A stretch of 64,000 nucleotides of DNA from an uncultured Staphylococcus sp. (GTDB taxonomy: Bacteria; Bacteroidota; Bacteroidia; Bacteroidales; Muribaculaceae). Position 1 is the first letter of the stretch. Every line of letters starts with the position of its first letter. The translations under genes were made by a program, and so were the position numbers. The notes under the pieces are model-generated. The model made no database searches. It saw nothing but the letters and a program-made list of their open reading frames with translations, and had not been told where the DNA came from. The DNA lies in assembly GCA_964488595.1 (NCBI GenBank), contig CAZAWC010000001.1:9958-73957 (forward strand), in the 5' to 3' direction. Shown piece by piece: positions 9,878 through 20,029 of the stretch.

Positions 9878-10249
9878 ATGATCAAAATGATGCTCATAGC
9901 AGGTGTCGGCGGGTTTGTCGGCACATGCGGACGTTTTCTGCTCTGCAGATGGACGGCGGCAATGTTTCAAGGGGATTTTCCCTTGGGGACCTTTCTGGTC
10001 AACGCCATAGGGTGTTTTATCATTGGCGTGATATTCGGCTTCATCGAGAGAGGACATCTGCTGTCGGCCGGGGAGAACGCTCTGCTCATCACCGGATTCT
10101 GTGGCGGATTCACCACATTCTCTGCGTTTGCAAACGATATGTGGGCGCTCGGCGACCGGGGAGAGTGGTCGACATTTGGCCTCTATCTCGCAGCGAGCGT
10201 GATATGCGGTGTGCTCCTCGTGTGGGCAGGCCGGGCTTTAGTCAGATGA
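9878..10249 (+). CDS. crcB: Fluoride efflux channel Fluc/CrcB
   Basis: 123 aa, 4 TM, with GGFVG...R, FPLGTFLVN and TGFCGGFTTFS. Confidence 0.93.
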   Translation: MIKMMLIAGVGGFVGTCGRFLLCRWTAAMFQGDFPLGTFLVNAIGCFIIGVIFGFIERGHLLSAGENALLITGFCGGFTTFSAFANDMWALGDRGEWSTFGLYLAASVICGVLLVWAGRALVR

Positions 10250-10300
10250 TATAACTCATTTATACATACTTATACAAGAAATAACATCAATTCTCAGAAT

Positions 10301-11506
10301 ATGGAAAAGACATGGCGTTGGTTTGGTCCCGACGATAAGATCACACTCGAGATGCTCCGCGAGATCGGCGTGGAGGGCATAGTGACCTCGCTCCATCACC
10401 TCCCTGCAGGCGAGGTGTGGACCGAGGAGGAGATCGGCAAGATGAACGACTATATCAAGGAGCGTGGCCTGCGATGGTCGGTGGTGGAGAGTCTGCCGGT
10501 CAGCGAGGAGATAAAATTTGCCGGGCCGCGGCGCGACGAGCTCATCGAGAAGTATAAGGAGAGCCTTGCCAATTTAGGCAAAGCCGGAGTGAAGACGGTG
10601 TGCTACAACTTTATGCCGGTGCTCGACTGGGCACGCACCGACCTCGAGCATCCCCTGCCTAACGGCACGTCGACACTCTACTTTGACAGAGCTGAGTTTG
10701 CCTACTTCGACATCAATATCCTCAAGCGTCCCGGGGCAGAAAAAGACTATGATGCCGAGACTCTCGAGCGGATGGAACGCGAGGTGAAGCCCCGCATGAC
10801 GCCCGAGGAAGAAAAACGCCTCGTGGACAACATCATAGTGCGCACACAGGGATTTGTGGGGGGCAACATCTCCGAGGCCGACGCCGACCCGGTGGGCAAG
10901 TTCCGCACACTGCTTGAGCAATACAAAGGCGTGGACCGCGACGCCCTGCGCGAGAATCTCAAATATTTCCTCGAGGCTGTGATGCCTGTGTGTCGCGAGT
11001 ATGACATCAACATGTGCGTTCACCCCGACGATCCCCCCATGCAGATCCTCGGTCTGCCCCGCATCGTCACCTCGGCCGAGGATATACGGTGGTTTCTCGA
11101 CGCGGTGCCCGACAGCCACAACGGCCTGACATTCTGTGCCGGATCCCTGAGCGCCGGCGCACATAACGACGTGGTGGAGATGGCCAAGGAATTTGCTCCG
11201 CGCACACACTTCGTTCACGCCCGCATATGCAATGTGGAGCCCGACGGCAACTTCATGGAATCCACTCACCTCGATCCCCGACTCGTGGAGATCGTGGAGA
11301 CATTCGAGAACGAACGGCCCGGTGTGGCGATGCGTGTGGACCACGCCCCACTCATGCTCGGCGACGAAAAGAGGGGCTATAATGCCGGATACTCTTTCCA
11401 CGGCAGGATGCTGGCCCTCGGGATGGTCGGCGGCATAATGGCAGCCGTCAACGCCGCCCGCGATAAAAACAACAATCAACAATCTTCAGACACACAGACA
11501 CGATGA
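10301..11506 (+). CDS. uxuA: Mannonate dehydratase
   Basis: WRWFG, WSVVESLPV, VCYNFMPVLDWART, HPDDPP and MRVDH motifs. Confidence 0.96.
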   Translation: MEKTWRWFGPDDKITLEMLREIGVEGIVTSLHHLPAGEVWTEEEIGKMNDYIKERGLRWSVVESLPVSEEIKFAGPRRDELIEKYKESLANLGKAGVKTVCYNFMPVLDWARTDLEHPLPNGTSTLYFDRAEFAYFDINILKRPGAEKDYDAETLERMEREVKPRMTPEEEKRLVDNIIVRTQGFVGGNISEADADPVGKFRTLLEQYKGVDRDALRENLKYFLEAVMPVCREYDINMCVHPDDPPMQILGLPRIVTSAEDIRWFLDAVPDSHNGLTFCAGSLSAGAHNDVVEMAKEFAPRTHFVHARICNVEPDGNFMESTHLDPRLVEIVETFENERPGVAMRVDHAPLMLGDEKRGYNAGYSFHGRMLALGMVGGIMAAVNAARDKNNNQQSSDTQTR

Positions 11507-12315
11507 ACTCACTCTTTTCAGTAGAAGGTCAGGTGGTCGTCATCACCGGTGGCACCGGTGTGCTCGGCGCCGAAATCAGCCGTTACCTCGCACGCGAGGG
11601 GGCCAAAGTAGTAATCCTCGGACGCCGCAAGGAGGAGGGTGACAGCATCGTAGAGGAAATAACCTCGGCAGGTGGCGAGGCCATGTTCCTGACCACTGAT
11701 GTCATGAATCCCGACACCGTGAAAGGGAATCTCGATGACATCCTCAGCCGCTACGGGCGCGTGGACTCGCTGCTCAACGCCGCCGGAGGCAACATGCCCG
11801 GCGCCACCATACCCCCGGGCGCTGACTTCTTTGACGTGAAGATCCCCGACTTCCAGCGTGTGCTCGATCTCAACCTCACGGGCACGGTGATCCCCACACA
11901 GGTATTCCTGCGCCCGATGGTGGAGACCGGTCGCGGCTCGATAGTCAATTTCACATCCATGGCGGCGTTCCGTCCCCTCACCCGTGTGATGGGCTACGCA
12001 GCCGCCAAGGCGGGCATCTCAAACTTCACCGCGTTCATGGCAGCCGAGGTGGCGCGCAAATTCTCGCCCGGAATACGTGTCAATGCCATAGCGCCGGGAT
12101 TCTTCCTCACCAATCAGAATAGGTCGCTGCTCACCAATCCCGACGGATCGCTCACCGAGCGTGGCAACGACGTGATACGCCAGACCCCCTTCGGTCGCTT
12201 CGGCAAACCAGAGGAGCTGTGCGGCACCATACAGTATCTCATCTCCGAGGCATCCTCGTTTGTCACCGGCACGGTGGCTGTGGTCGACGGCGGCTTCAAC
12301 TGTTTCGTGATGTAG
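11503..12315 (+). CDS. uxuB: D-mannonate oxidoreductase (SDR family)
   Basis: TGGTGVLG, NAAGGN, PLTRVMGYAAAK and IAPGFFL motifs; overlaps the uxuA stop. Confidence 0.88.
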   Translation: MNSLFSVEGQVVVITGGTGVLGAEISRYLAREGAKVVILGRRKEEGDSIVEEITSAGGEAMFLTTDVMNPDTVKGNLDDILSRYGRVDSLLNAAGGNMPGATIPPGADFFDVKIPDFQRVLDLNLTGTVIPTQVFLRPMVETGRGSIVNFTSMAAFRPLTRVMGYAAAKAGISNFTAFMAAEVARKFSPGIRVNAIAPGFFLTNQNRSLLTNPDGSLTERGNDVIRQTPFGRFGKPEELCGTIQYLISEASSFVTGTVAVVDGGFNCFVM

Positions 12316-12403
12316 TCCGTCCGCGCTGACCCCGGGCGACAATGGAGTTGCAAATGCGGGGAAAGATGCGTAAATTTGCAGTTGCCACCATCACGACAAG
12401 GAT

Positions 12404-13636
12404 ATGCGACAGATAATAACACATTTCACGGACGACGATCTGTATAAATTCACCATGTGTTGCGCGGTGATCGACAACTATCCCCGCACGCAGGTGAGGT
12501 ATGAGTTTACGGATCGCGACAACACGGTCTATCCCGAGGGATTTGCCGAGGAGCTGCGCCGGCAGATCGCGATGCTCGAGGATGTGGTGATCACCGAGGA
12601 GGAGATCGACTTCATGCGCCGCAGATGCAGCTTCATCCCGGGCTGGTTCTACGGATTCCTCAGAGGATTCCGTTATGACAGCAGCCTCGTGGATGTGTGG
12701 CAGGATGACGAAGGACACCTCGGTGTGAGATTTGAGGGACCGTGGACCGACACCATACTGCTCGAGGTGAAGGTGCTCGCCATAATCTCCGAGCTATATT
12801 ATATGATGACCGGGCAGACCGGGGCCATGGACTATGGTGCATATGCCGTGAAGGCGGCCTCTAAGGCTCGGCGCCTGATAGAGGCCGGATGCAGTTTCAG
12901 CGACTTCGGCACACGGCGCAGGGCATCGTTTGAGGCTCAGGAGTGTGTGATCAGGGCGATGAAAGAGACATCTGACGCCATGGAGGGCCCGGGACGGTTT
13001 ACCGGCACGAGCAACGTGTGGCTGGCCATGAAATATGACCTGCTCCCCATCGGCACCATGGCCCACGAGCTGGTCTGCGCCATTGCCGGCATGTATGGCC
13101 CGCAGATGGCCAACCATCTGGCCATGAAAGCGTGGGCAGCCACATATCGCGGCGCGCTCGGGACATTCCTCTATGACACGTATGGCTGGCGCATATTCTC
13201 GCTCAATTTCTCGGAGGACTATGCCAATATGTTCAAGGGGCTGCGTGTGGACAGCGGCGACAACTTCGGCCAGCTCGACCTCATCGTGGAGAAATACCGC
13301 TCGCTCAACATCGACCCCGCCACCAAGCAGGTGGTGTTCAGCAACGCGCTGGATGTTGACCGAGCCATAGCCATTCAGCGATACGCAGCCGGGAAGTGTA
13401 TCCCCTCGTTCGGCATCGGCACCCATTTCACCAACGACTTCGATGGAATCAAGCCGATGAATATTGTCATCAAGCTGCTGGCTGTGAAGATCACCGAGTC
13501 ATGGCCATTCTACTTGGACACATGTAAGCTGAGCGAAGATCATGGCAAATACACCGGCAACCGCGAGACTGTAGAGATATTCCGACACATCCTCCACGCC
13601 GACGGCCCCGACACAGACAACAAGCATCAGCTATAG
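12404..13636 (+). CDS. pncB: Nicotinate phosphoribosyltransferase
   Basis: DDLYKFTM, DFGTRRR, GTSNV, GTMAHE, RVDSGD and FGIGT motifs. TAAATTTG box at 12371-12378. Confidence 0.95.
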   Translation: MRQIITHFTDDDLYKFTMCCAVIDNYPRTQVRYEFTDRDNTVYPEGFAEELRRQIAMLEDVVITEEEIDFMRRRCSFIPGWFYGFLRGFRYDSSLVDVWQDDEGHLGVRFEGPWTDTILLEVKVLAIISELYYMMTGQTGAMDYGAYAVKAASKARRLIEAGCSFSDFGTRRRASFEAQECVIRAMKETSDAMEGPGRFTGTSNVWLAMKYDLLPIGTMAHELVCAIAGMYGPQMANHLAMKAWAATYRGALGTFLYDTYGWRIFSLNFSEDYANMFKGLRVDSGDNFGQLDLIVEKYRSLNIDPATKQVVFSNALDVDRAIAIQRYAAGKCIPSFGIGTHFTNDFDGIKPMNIVIKLLAVKITESWPFYLDTCKLSEDHGKYTGNRETVEIFRHILHADGPDTDNKHQL

Positions 13637-13638
13637 CT

Positions 13639-14142
13639 ATGAGCGAAAAGATAAACAAGACCAACGCCGCCCGCCTGCTCGACAAGGCGGGTGTAGCCTA
13701 TGAATTGATCCCATACACCGTTGACCCTGACAATCTGGCCGCTGACCACGTGGCCGCCGAGCTGGGCGAGGACATCAATCAGGTGTTCAAGACCATCGTG
13801 CTGCAGGGGGTCAAGACGGGCCACTTCGTCTGTGTGGTGCCCGGCAACTGCGAGATAGACCTCAAGAAGGCTGCCAAAGCCGCAGGCGATAAGAAGGCCG
13901 ACCTCATACACATGAAGGACCTTCTCGGGCTGACGGGATACATACGCGGCGGATGCTCGCCCGTGGGGATGAAGAAGCCGTTTCCCACATTTTTCCACTC
14001 CACGGCTCTCTCCTACCCTCACATATTCGTGTCGGCGGGAGTGAGAGGTCTGCAGTTCAAGATCTCCCCACGCGATCTGATCGACTATGTGGGTGGCGGG
14101 GTGACAGACCTTGTCAAGGATAACGGGGAGGAGGACGCATGA
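13639..14142 (+). CDS. ybaK: Cys-tRNA(Pro) deacylase YbaK
   Basis: [28 protein letters not shown] and SAGVRG motifs. Confidence 0.93.
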   Translation: MSEKINKTNAARLLDKAGVAYELIPYTVDPDNLAADHVAAELGEDINQVFKTIVLQGVKTGHFVCVVPGNCEIDLKKAAKAAGDKKADLIHMKDLLGLTGYIRGGCSPVGMKKPFPTFFHSTALSYPHIFVSAGVRGLQFKISPRDLIDYVGGGVTDLVKDNGEEDA

Positions 14143-15215
14143 ACACCTTCGGCCACATATACCGTTTCACGGGTTTCGGCGAGTCGCACGGCCCCGCCAT
14201 AGGGGGTGTCATCGACGGGATGCCGGCCGGCGTAAGGATCGACCTTGACAAGGTGCAGCATCAGCTGGACAGGAGGCGTCCGGGACAGTCGGCCATCACC
14301 ACCTCGCGCAAGGAGAGCGACCGCGTGGAGATACTGTCGGGCCTCTTCGAGGGGGTCACCACCGGGGCACCGATAGGATTCATCATCCGCAACGAGAATC
14401 AGCACTCGGCCGACTATTCACAGCTGGGCGACTCATTCCGCCCTTCGCATGCCGACTATACATATACGACCAAATACGGCCTTCGCGACTATCGCGGGGG
14501 TGGCCGCGCCAGCGCCCGCGAGACAGCCTGCCGCGTCGTGGCCGGGGCATTGGCCCGTCAGCTCCTCGAGGCATGGGGGGTCAACATCACGGCCTATACT
14601 TCGCAGGTGGGCGACGTGAGGGTTGACACACCATACACCCGGCTCGACCTCCTGCTCGCCGAGAGCAACCCCGTTCGCTGCCCTGATCCGGCCAAAGCCG
14701 CCGAGATGGAGAGGCTGATAGCCGAGGTGAAAAGCGAGGGGGACACGCTGGGAGGAGTGGTGACATGTGTGGTCACCGGCCTCCCCGCGGGCATAGGTGA
14801 CCCCGTGGCGGGGAGACTGAGCGCATCGCTCGCAGGGGCAATGATGAGCATCAACGCCGCCAAGGGTTTTGACTACGGGATGGGATTTGACGGAGCCGCG
14901 ATGAGAGGGTCGGAAAGCATCGACCTATTCGTGTCGGGGAGCGCCTCGCCCGCACGCACGCAGACCAACCGCTCCGGGGGCATACAAGGCGGCATCTCGA
15001 ATGGCGAAGACATCTATTTCCGCGTAGCGTTCAAACCGGTTGCCACCCTGCTGCGCGACGTCCCGTCGATTGACTCGGAAGGGCGCGAAGTGACTCTGAA
15101 AGGGAGAGGGAGACACGACCCGTGTGTGGTGCCCCGCGCAGTGCCTGTGGTAGAGGCCATGGCTGCCATCGTGATCCTCGACGCTATGCTCGCCAACCGC
15201 TCTGCAAGAATATGA
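14139..15215 (+). CDS. aroC: Chorismate synthase
   Basis: [32 protein letters not shown] and GRHDPC motifs. Confidence 0.97.
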   Translation: MNTFGHIYRFTGFGESHGPAIGGVIDGMPAGVRIDLDKVQHQLDRRRPGQSAITTSRKESDRVEILSGLFEGVTTGAPIGFIIRNENQHSADYSQLGDSFRPSHADYTYTTKYGLRDYRGGGRASARETACRVVAGALARQLLEAWGVNITAYTSQVGDVRVDTPYTRLDLLLAESNPVRCPDPAKAAEMERLIAEVKSEGDTLGGVVTCVVTGLPAGIGDPVAGRLSASLAGAMMSINAAKGFDYGMGFDGAAMRGSESIDLFVSGSASPARTQTNRSGGIQGGISNGEDIYFRVAFKPVATLLRDVPSIDSEGREVTLKGRGRHDPCVVPRAVPVVEAMAAIVILDAMLANRSARI

Positions 15216-16096
15216 GCCGTTGGCGCGATTACTCGGACTTTCTTGCCTCTCACTTCCCGGGCAAGATGCAGAAACTCGCCGTCAATGCGGGATTCAGCTG
15301 CCCCAACCGCGACGGCACCAAGGGGCGGGGAGGGTGTACGTATTGCAACAACGAGTCGTTCAACCCCTCCTATTGTTCCCCGGCCGAGAGCGTGACCCGT
15401 CAGATAGAGCGTGGCAAAAGATTCTTCGCCCTCAAATATCCCGACATGCGCTATCTGGCCTATTTCCAAGCCTATACCAACACCCACAGCGACGATCTCC
15501 AGAGGCTGACGGCGCTCTATGAAGAGGCGTTGGCGGTGGATGGTGTCGACGGGGTGATCATCGGCACCCGCCCTGACTGTGTGCCTCAGAGGCTGCTCGA
15601 GGCGGTGAAGGCGCTCCCGTGGGCCATGATAGAATATGGAGCCGAAAGCAGCCACGACAGCACGCTCGGGAGCGTGAACCGCTGCCACACATGGGCCGAC
15701 ACGGTCGATGCCGTCACGCGCACCGCAGCCCTCGGGATCCCCGTGGGGCTCCACCTCATCATGGGATTGCCGGGCGAGACGGAGGAGATGATGCTCGATA
15801 CCATCTGTGAGGTAAACCGTCTGCCGGTGGACTGCGTGAAGATACATCAGCTGCAGCTGCTCCGCGGCACACGCATGGCCCTGCAGGCTGAGCGCGGCGA
15901 GATAGACGCGCCCCGATATGAGCCTGAGGAGTATGCACGCCTCTGCGCGAGGATCGTCAGAAAGCTGCGGCCCGACATAGCCATAGAGAGGTTTGTGTCG
16001 CAGGCGCCACCCGACCTGCTGATAGCACCGCGCTGGGGGCTGAAAAACTATCAGTTCACCCGGCTTGTTGAAAAAGAGATTGATAAACTGTCTTAA
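15212..16096 (+). CDS. TIGR01212 (YhcC) family radical SAM protein
   Basis: [33 protein letters not shown] and VKIHQL motifs. ATG at 15212 overlaps the aroC stop. Confidence 0.9.
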   Translation: MSRWRDYSDFLASHFPGKMQKLAVNAGFSCPNRDGTKGRGGCTYCNNESFNPSYCSPAESVTRQIERGKRFFALKYPDMRYLAYFQAYTNTHSDDLQRLTALYEEALAVDGVDGVIIGTRPDCVPQRLLEAVKALPWAMIEYGAESSHDSTLGSVNRCHTWADTVDAVTRTAALGIPVGLHLIMGLPGETEEMMLDTICEVNRLPVDCVKIHQLQLLRGTRMALQAERGEIDAPRYEPEEYARLCARIVRKLRPDIAIERFVSQAPPDLLIAPRWGLKNYQFTRLVEKEIDKLS

Positions 16097-16110
16097 TAAA
16101 GAAACTACCC

Positions 16111-16764
16111 ATGGAAGTAATCAACTTTGCAGACTCCCCCTCGCTGGTGAGCCAGTATATGAGCGAGCTGCGCGACGTCAACGTGCAGCGCGACATGCTC
16201 CGTTTCCGCCGCAACCTCGAGCGCATCGGCGAAATAATGGCATACGAGATCTCCAGACGCATGCACTACAGCCGCCGCCCTGTGCAGACGCCTCTCGCCG
16301 TGGCCGAGTGTGACATTCTGGACGAGCAGGTGGTGCTGGCCACGATATTCCGCGCCGGCATCCCGTTTCATCAGGGCTTTCTCTCCTACTTCGACCATGC
16401 GCAGAACGCTTTTGTCTCGGCATATCGCAAATATAGGGAGAAGGAAAACTTCGATGTGTTCATCGAGTATATCGCTTCTCCCAAAATCGACGGCAAGACT
16501 CTCATCATCGCCGATCCCATGCTTGCCACTGGGTCGAGCATGGAGCTGAGCTATCGTGCCCTCCTCACCAAGGGTGAGCCCGCCCACATACATGTGGCCT
16601 CGATCATCGCCTCGCAGACTGCCATAGACTATATCCGCTCGACATTCCCGTCGGCCAAGACCACCGTATGGGTCGGGGCTGTGGACGCAGAGATCAACTC
16701 ACACTCCTATATAGTGCCGGGCCTTGGCGACGCCGGCGACCTCGCTTACGGAGTCAAGGAGTAA
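16111..16764 (+). CDS. upp: Uracil phosphoribosyltransferase
   Basis: DPMLATGSS and YIVPGLGDAGD motifs. Confidence 0.96.
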   Translation: MEVINFADSPSLVSQYMSELRDVNVQRDMLRFRRNLERIGEIMAYEISRRMHYSRRPVQTPLAVAECDILDEQVVLATIFRAGIPFHQGFLSYFDHAQNAFVSAYRKYREKENFDVFIEYIASPKIDGKTLIIADPMLATGSSMELSYRALLTKGEPAHIHVASIIASQTAIDYIRSTFPSAKTTVWVGAVDAEINSHSYIVPGLGDAGDLAYGVKE

Positions 16765-16768
16765 GGGC

Positions 16769-18094
16769 TCAGAGGCCAAACTCCCTGCGCACCTCGTCGA
16801 CGGCATCGAGCTTCTCCCATGTGAACAGCTCGACCTCGCGCACCACCTCGGGCTCGTAGCGCGAGTGGAAACGCTTGGTGACCACCTGCGGGGTGCGCCC
16901 CATATGTCCGTATGAAGCCGTCTCGCGATAGATAGGGAGACGGAGCTTGAGCCGCTGCTCTATGGCATAGGGGGTCATGTCAAAGACCTTCATCCCCTTC
17001 ACCTTGTCGGCGATCTCGGAGTCGGACAGAGGCACGAGGGCCGTCCCGCGGGTGTCTATGCACAGGCTCACGGGCTCGGCCTTGCCGATGGCATAGGCCA
17101 CCTGAACGAGCACCTCGCGGGCCACGCCGGCGGCCACGAGATTCTTGGCTATATGGCGCGCGGCATAGGCAGCCGAACGGTCTACCTTGGAGGGGTCTTT
17201 GCCCGAGAACGCGCCGCCGCCGTGGGCTCCGCGACCGCCGTATGTGTCCACGATGATCTTGCGCCCGGTCAGGCCGGTGTCGCCATGAGGACCGCCGATC
17301 ACAAACTTGCCTGTCGGATTCACCAGCAGACGGTATCCGTCGAGCAGACCGGCCACCTCGGCGGGGAGGCCGGCCTTGACGCGGGGTATGAGCACACGCT
17401 CTATATCCTCGGTGATGATACGGCGCATCTCCTCGTCGGCGCGGTCCTGAGCCTCGGGGGTGTCGTCGTCGGGGGCAATGAACTCATCATGCTGTGTGGA
17501 GATCACTATGGTATCGACGCGCAGCGGACGGTTGGTCTCGGCGTCATACTCCACCGTCACCTGACTCTTTGAGTCGGGACGCAGATATGTGCGGGTCTTG
17601 CCGTCGCGGCTCCATGTCATCTCCTTGCCCTCGCGCCTTATGGCAGAGAGCTCGCGCAGCAGACGGTGAGAGAGGTCGAGCGTCAGCGGCATATAGTCGG
17701 GGGTCTCGTCACAGGCATAGCCAAACATCATGCCCTGATCGCCGGCGCCCTGCCCCTCGGCACTCTCGCGCTCCACACCGCGGTTGATGTCGGCGCTCTG
17801 CTCGTGAAGGGCCGAGAAGACGCCACATGCCTCGCCGTCAAACTTCAGCTCTGAGCGGTCATAGCCAATATTCTTGATGACATCGCGTGTCACATCCATC
17901 AGGTCGATATAGGCACGGCTCTTCACCTCGCCTGCTATGATCACCTGCCCGGTCGTCACCAGCGTCTCGCAAGCCACCTTGCTCGAGGCGTCGCGGGCAA
18001 GAAACTCGTCGAGCACGGCATCCGAAATCTGATCGGCCACCTTGTCGGGATGCCCTTCGGAGACAGACTCAGACGTAAACAAATATGTCTTCAT
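16769..18094 (-). CDS. metK: S-adenosylmethionine synthetase
   Basis: [35 protein letters not shown] and YGHMGR motifs. Confidence 0.98.
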   Translation of the reverse strand: MKTYLFTSESVSEGHPDKVADQISDAVLDEFLARDASSKVACETLVTTGQVIIAGEVKSRAYIDLMDVTRDVIKNIGYDRSELKFDGEACGVFSALHEQSADINRGVERESAEGQGAGDQGMMFGYACDETPDYMPLTLDLSHRLLRELSAIRREGKEMTWSRDGKTRTYLRPDSKSQVTVEYDAETNRPLRVDTIVISTQHDEFIAPDDDTPEAQDRADEEMRRIITEDIERVLIPRVKAGLPAEVAGLLDGYRLLVNPTGKFVIGGPHGDTGLTGRKIIVDTYGGRGAHGGGAFSGKDPSKVDRSAAYAARHIAKNLVAAGVAREVLVQVAYAIGKAEPVSLCIDTRGTALVPLSDSEIADKVKGMKVFDMTPYAIEQRLKLRLPIYRETASYGHMGRTPQVVTKRFHSRYEPEVVREVELFTWEKLDAVDEVRREFGL

Positions 18095-18365
18095 GCTGAA
18101 AAAATATGTATTTTTGAGTTGGTATAAAAAATATCGAAACAGTCACTCTCGCCGATAACCCGGACGCAGAGGGCTGCTTCAACATTCTGTCGCCGTCATG
18201 CCACCTAATCGACAGGATGGTGGCGGACGGCATTCTCAAAAACCAGACCTCTACCGACCGGGCTACCGCGACACGGGAGCCGACTTTCGAGGGGATACAC
18301 CCTGTGTCCGTCATTGGGTCAGACACACCCGCGGTACATCCGATTACCGACAATGTGGGTGAGGT

Positions 18366-18420
18366 GCAGCAGTTTTAGCATTTTTTGAAGTGGTTGCAAG
18401 CAGCCAAATTTGTCCACTTA
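18366..18420 (-). ncRNA. SAM-II-class riboswitch aptamer upstream of metK
   Basis: Minus strand reads AAGUGG-ACAAAUUUGGCUGC-UUGCAA-CCACUU-CAAAAAAU-GCUAAAA. This gives a P1 stem (AAGUGG/CCACUU), a loop UUU, UUGC and the conserved GCUAAA, lying directly after a promoter and upstream of metK. Confidence 0.8.
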
Positions 18421-18435
18421 TCTTGAAAGATGCCG

Positions 18436-18467
18436 CAAAATTACAAAAAATCCCCCACACCTGCAAA
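18436..18467 (-). promoter_or_regulatory. sigma-A promoter for the riboswitch-metK transcript
   Basis: TTTG (18467-18464), 20-nt spacer, then TAATTTTG (18443-18436). Confidence 0.75.
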
Positions 18468-18483
18468 CCCTCTATCGATAAAA

Positions 18484-18628
18484 AATGTAAAGGAAGCACA
18501 TCGAGCGGTGTCGATGTGCTTCCTTTTTCAGTGGGTTATGGTGTCAGGGATCAATTGCGCCACCTCGGGTCGCCGATGCCCTTGGTGTAGATCTCGTGGT
18601 TGAGGACCTCGGGAGTCTGCTTGTATTT
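18484..18628. repeat. Direct repeat copy 1 (orphan 3' end plus terminator of the Fn3/beta-helix gene)
   Basis: Matches 20030-20175 apart from 2 substitutions and a 1-nt indel. Encodes KYKQTPEVLNHEIYTKGIGDPRWRN* on the minus strand. Confidence 0.95.
18489..18528. terminator. Intrinsic (probably bidirectional) terminator, copy 1
   Basis: AAAGGAAGCACATCGA-gcggtg-TCGATGTGCTTCCTTT hairpin with T tracts on both strands. Confidence 0.85.
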
Positions 18629-18629
18629 A

Positions 18630-19883
18630 TCACCAATTCAGAAGCTCAGGATTGAGTAAAAAATCCATCAGACCGATGGTGACTATCCCATCTTCATTAC
18701 GCTTTGGTTTGATATGGTCTTTGACGATGATAATTTTTTTGAAAGAATCATCAATGTTTAACAATGATGCAGCTTCCTGACGCTCCTTTGCATCTGTCGG
18801 CATCATAAACGCAGACTGTATATAATACCGTAGGCTGCCTTGGTTAGCCACGAAGTCAACTTCGTATTGCTTGCGTATTGTTTTTCCGTTTCTGTCTGTG
18901 GTACGATGCTCTACCACACCTACATCTACTTGGTAACCACGTACTCGCAGTTCATTATAGATGATATTCTCCATTATATGATTTTCTTCCTGCTGTCTGA
19001 AATCAAGAATGGCGTTGCGAACACCGACATCGGAAAAATAATACTTGGCAAGTGTGTTGATATACTTCTTCCCCTTGATGTCATATCGAATTGCTTTCTC
19101 TATGAGGAATGAATCCGACATATAGCCGAGATAGTTATCTATCGTCTTATTTGTCAAAGAAACGTTCTTAAGACTTTTGAACGTATTAGCCAACTTATTG
19201 GGATTTGTGGGTGACCCTATGGCTGAGGCAATTACATTTACCAACTCTTTCAGCTCGGCCTCCCCCCTGATATTGTATCTTTCCACTATGTCATTGACAT
19301 AAACCGTGGCATACAACCGCTTAAGATAGTCTTCCTTTTTCTTTGGCGTTGCCAATGTTATCACGTGCGGGAGTCCGCCATAGGTATAATAGTCCGGCCA
19401 TGCTTCAAGGGGGTGCCGATCATCGACTGACATAAACTCAGCAAATGAAAGTGGATACACATGTATCTGGTCACCTCTTCCTCTAAATTCAGTGATGATA
19501 TCCGAAGACAAAAATCTGGAATTGCTCCCGGTGACATAAACATCGGCATTGTCCATCTTCAGGTAACTATTCAACACATCTTCAAATTCTGACACATGCT
19601 GAACCTCATCAAGAAGGATGTAATACATATCACTGTCTTTCATCAGAGAATCTATATGGGCAAGCAACGCATCAGGATTCCGCAAGGAGATATTTCTTCT
19701 ATCCTCCAGATCAACTTTTATTATGTGGTCATCTCCTACCCCTTGCTCTTTCAAGTATGACGCAAATAATTTGAATAAAAGATAAGACTTACCGCAACGC
19801 CGCAGGCCGGTAATTATTTTTATCAGTCCATTATGCCTGCTGTCTATCAGCTGATTCAGATAGTAATTTCGTTTTATAACCAT
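18630..19883 (-). CDS. AAA+ ATPase (AAA_14 plus DUF4143, C-terminal PD-(D/E)xK-like motif)
   Basis: GLRRCGKS Walker A, LLDEVQ Walker B, VTGSNS, YGGLP, KYYFSDVG, ENIIYNEL and EVDFV motifs. Visibly more AT-rich than the flanking genes. Confidence 0.9.
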   Translation of the reverse strand: MVIKRNYYLNQLIDSRHNGLIKIITGLRRCGKSYLLFKLFASYLKEQGVGDDHIIKVDLEDRRNISLRNPDALLAHIDSLMKDSDMYYILLDEVQHVSEFEDVLNSYLKMDNADVYVTGSNSRFLSSDIITEFRGRGDQIHVYPLSFAEFMSVDDRHPLEAWPDYYTYGGLPHVITLATPKKKEDYLKRLYATVYVNDIVERYNIRGEAELKELVNVIASAIGSPTNPNKLANTFKSLKNVSLTNKTIDNYLGYMSDSFLIEKAIRYDIKGKKYINTLAKYYFSDVGVRNAILDFRQQEENHIMENIIYNELRVRGYQVDVGVVEHRTTDRNGKTIRKQYEVDFVANQGSLRYYIQSAFMMPTDAKERQEAASLLNIDDSFKKIIIVKDHIKPKRNEDGIVTIGLMDFLLNPELLNW

Positions 19884-19885
19884 AA

Positions 19886-20004
19886 TTTATTCCCAAAAGA
19901 TAGCATTTATGTCATCTTTTGGGAATAAAATTAGTAATAATAATTGTATGTTCCAAATATGCTATTCCAAAAAAATGACATAAATGACATTTTTTTGGAA
20001 TAGC
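19886..20004. promoter_or_regulatory. Two related palindromes in inverted orientation flanking the ATPase promoter
   Basis: Site A (19886-19929): TTTATTCCCAAAAGAT-agcatttatgtc-ATCTTTTGGGAATAAA. Site B (19961-20004): GCTATTCCAAAAAAAT-gacataaatgac-ATTTTTTTGGAATAGC. Between them on minus: TTTG (19957-19954), 20 nt, TAATTTTA (19933-19926, overlapping site A). Confidence 0.75.
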
Positions 20005-20029
20005 GTACTTTAAAACGGTTAGGGTAATG

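Noticed and set aside
18069-18590. Short ORFs 18069-18353 (-) and 18390-18590 (+)
   Set aside because: Non-ATG starts, no motifs, and they overlap the riboswitch leader, promoter and terminator.
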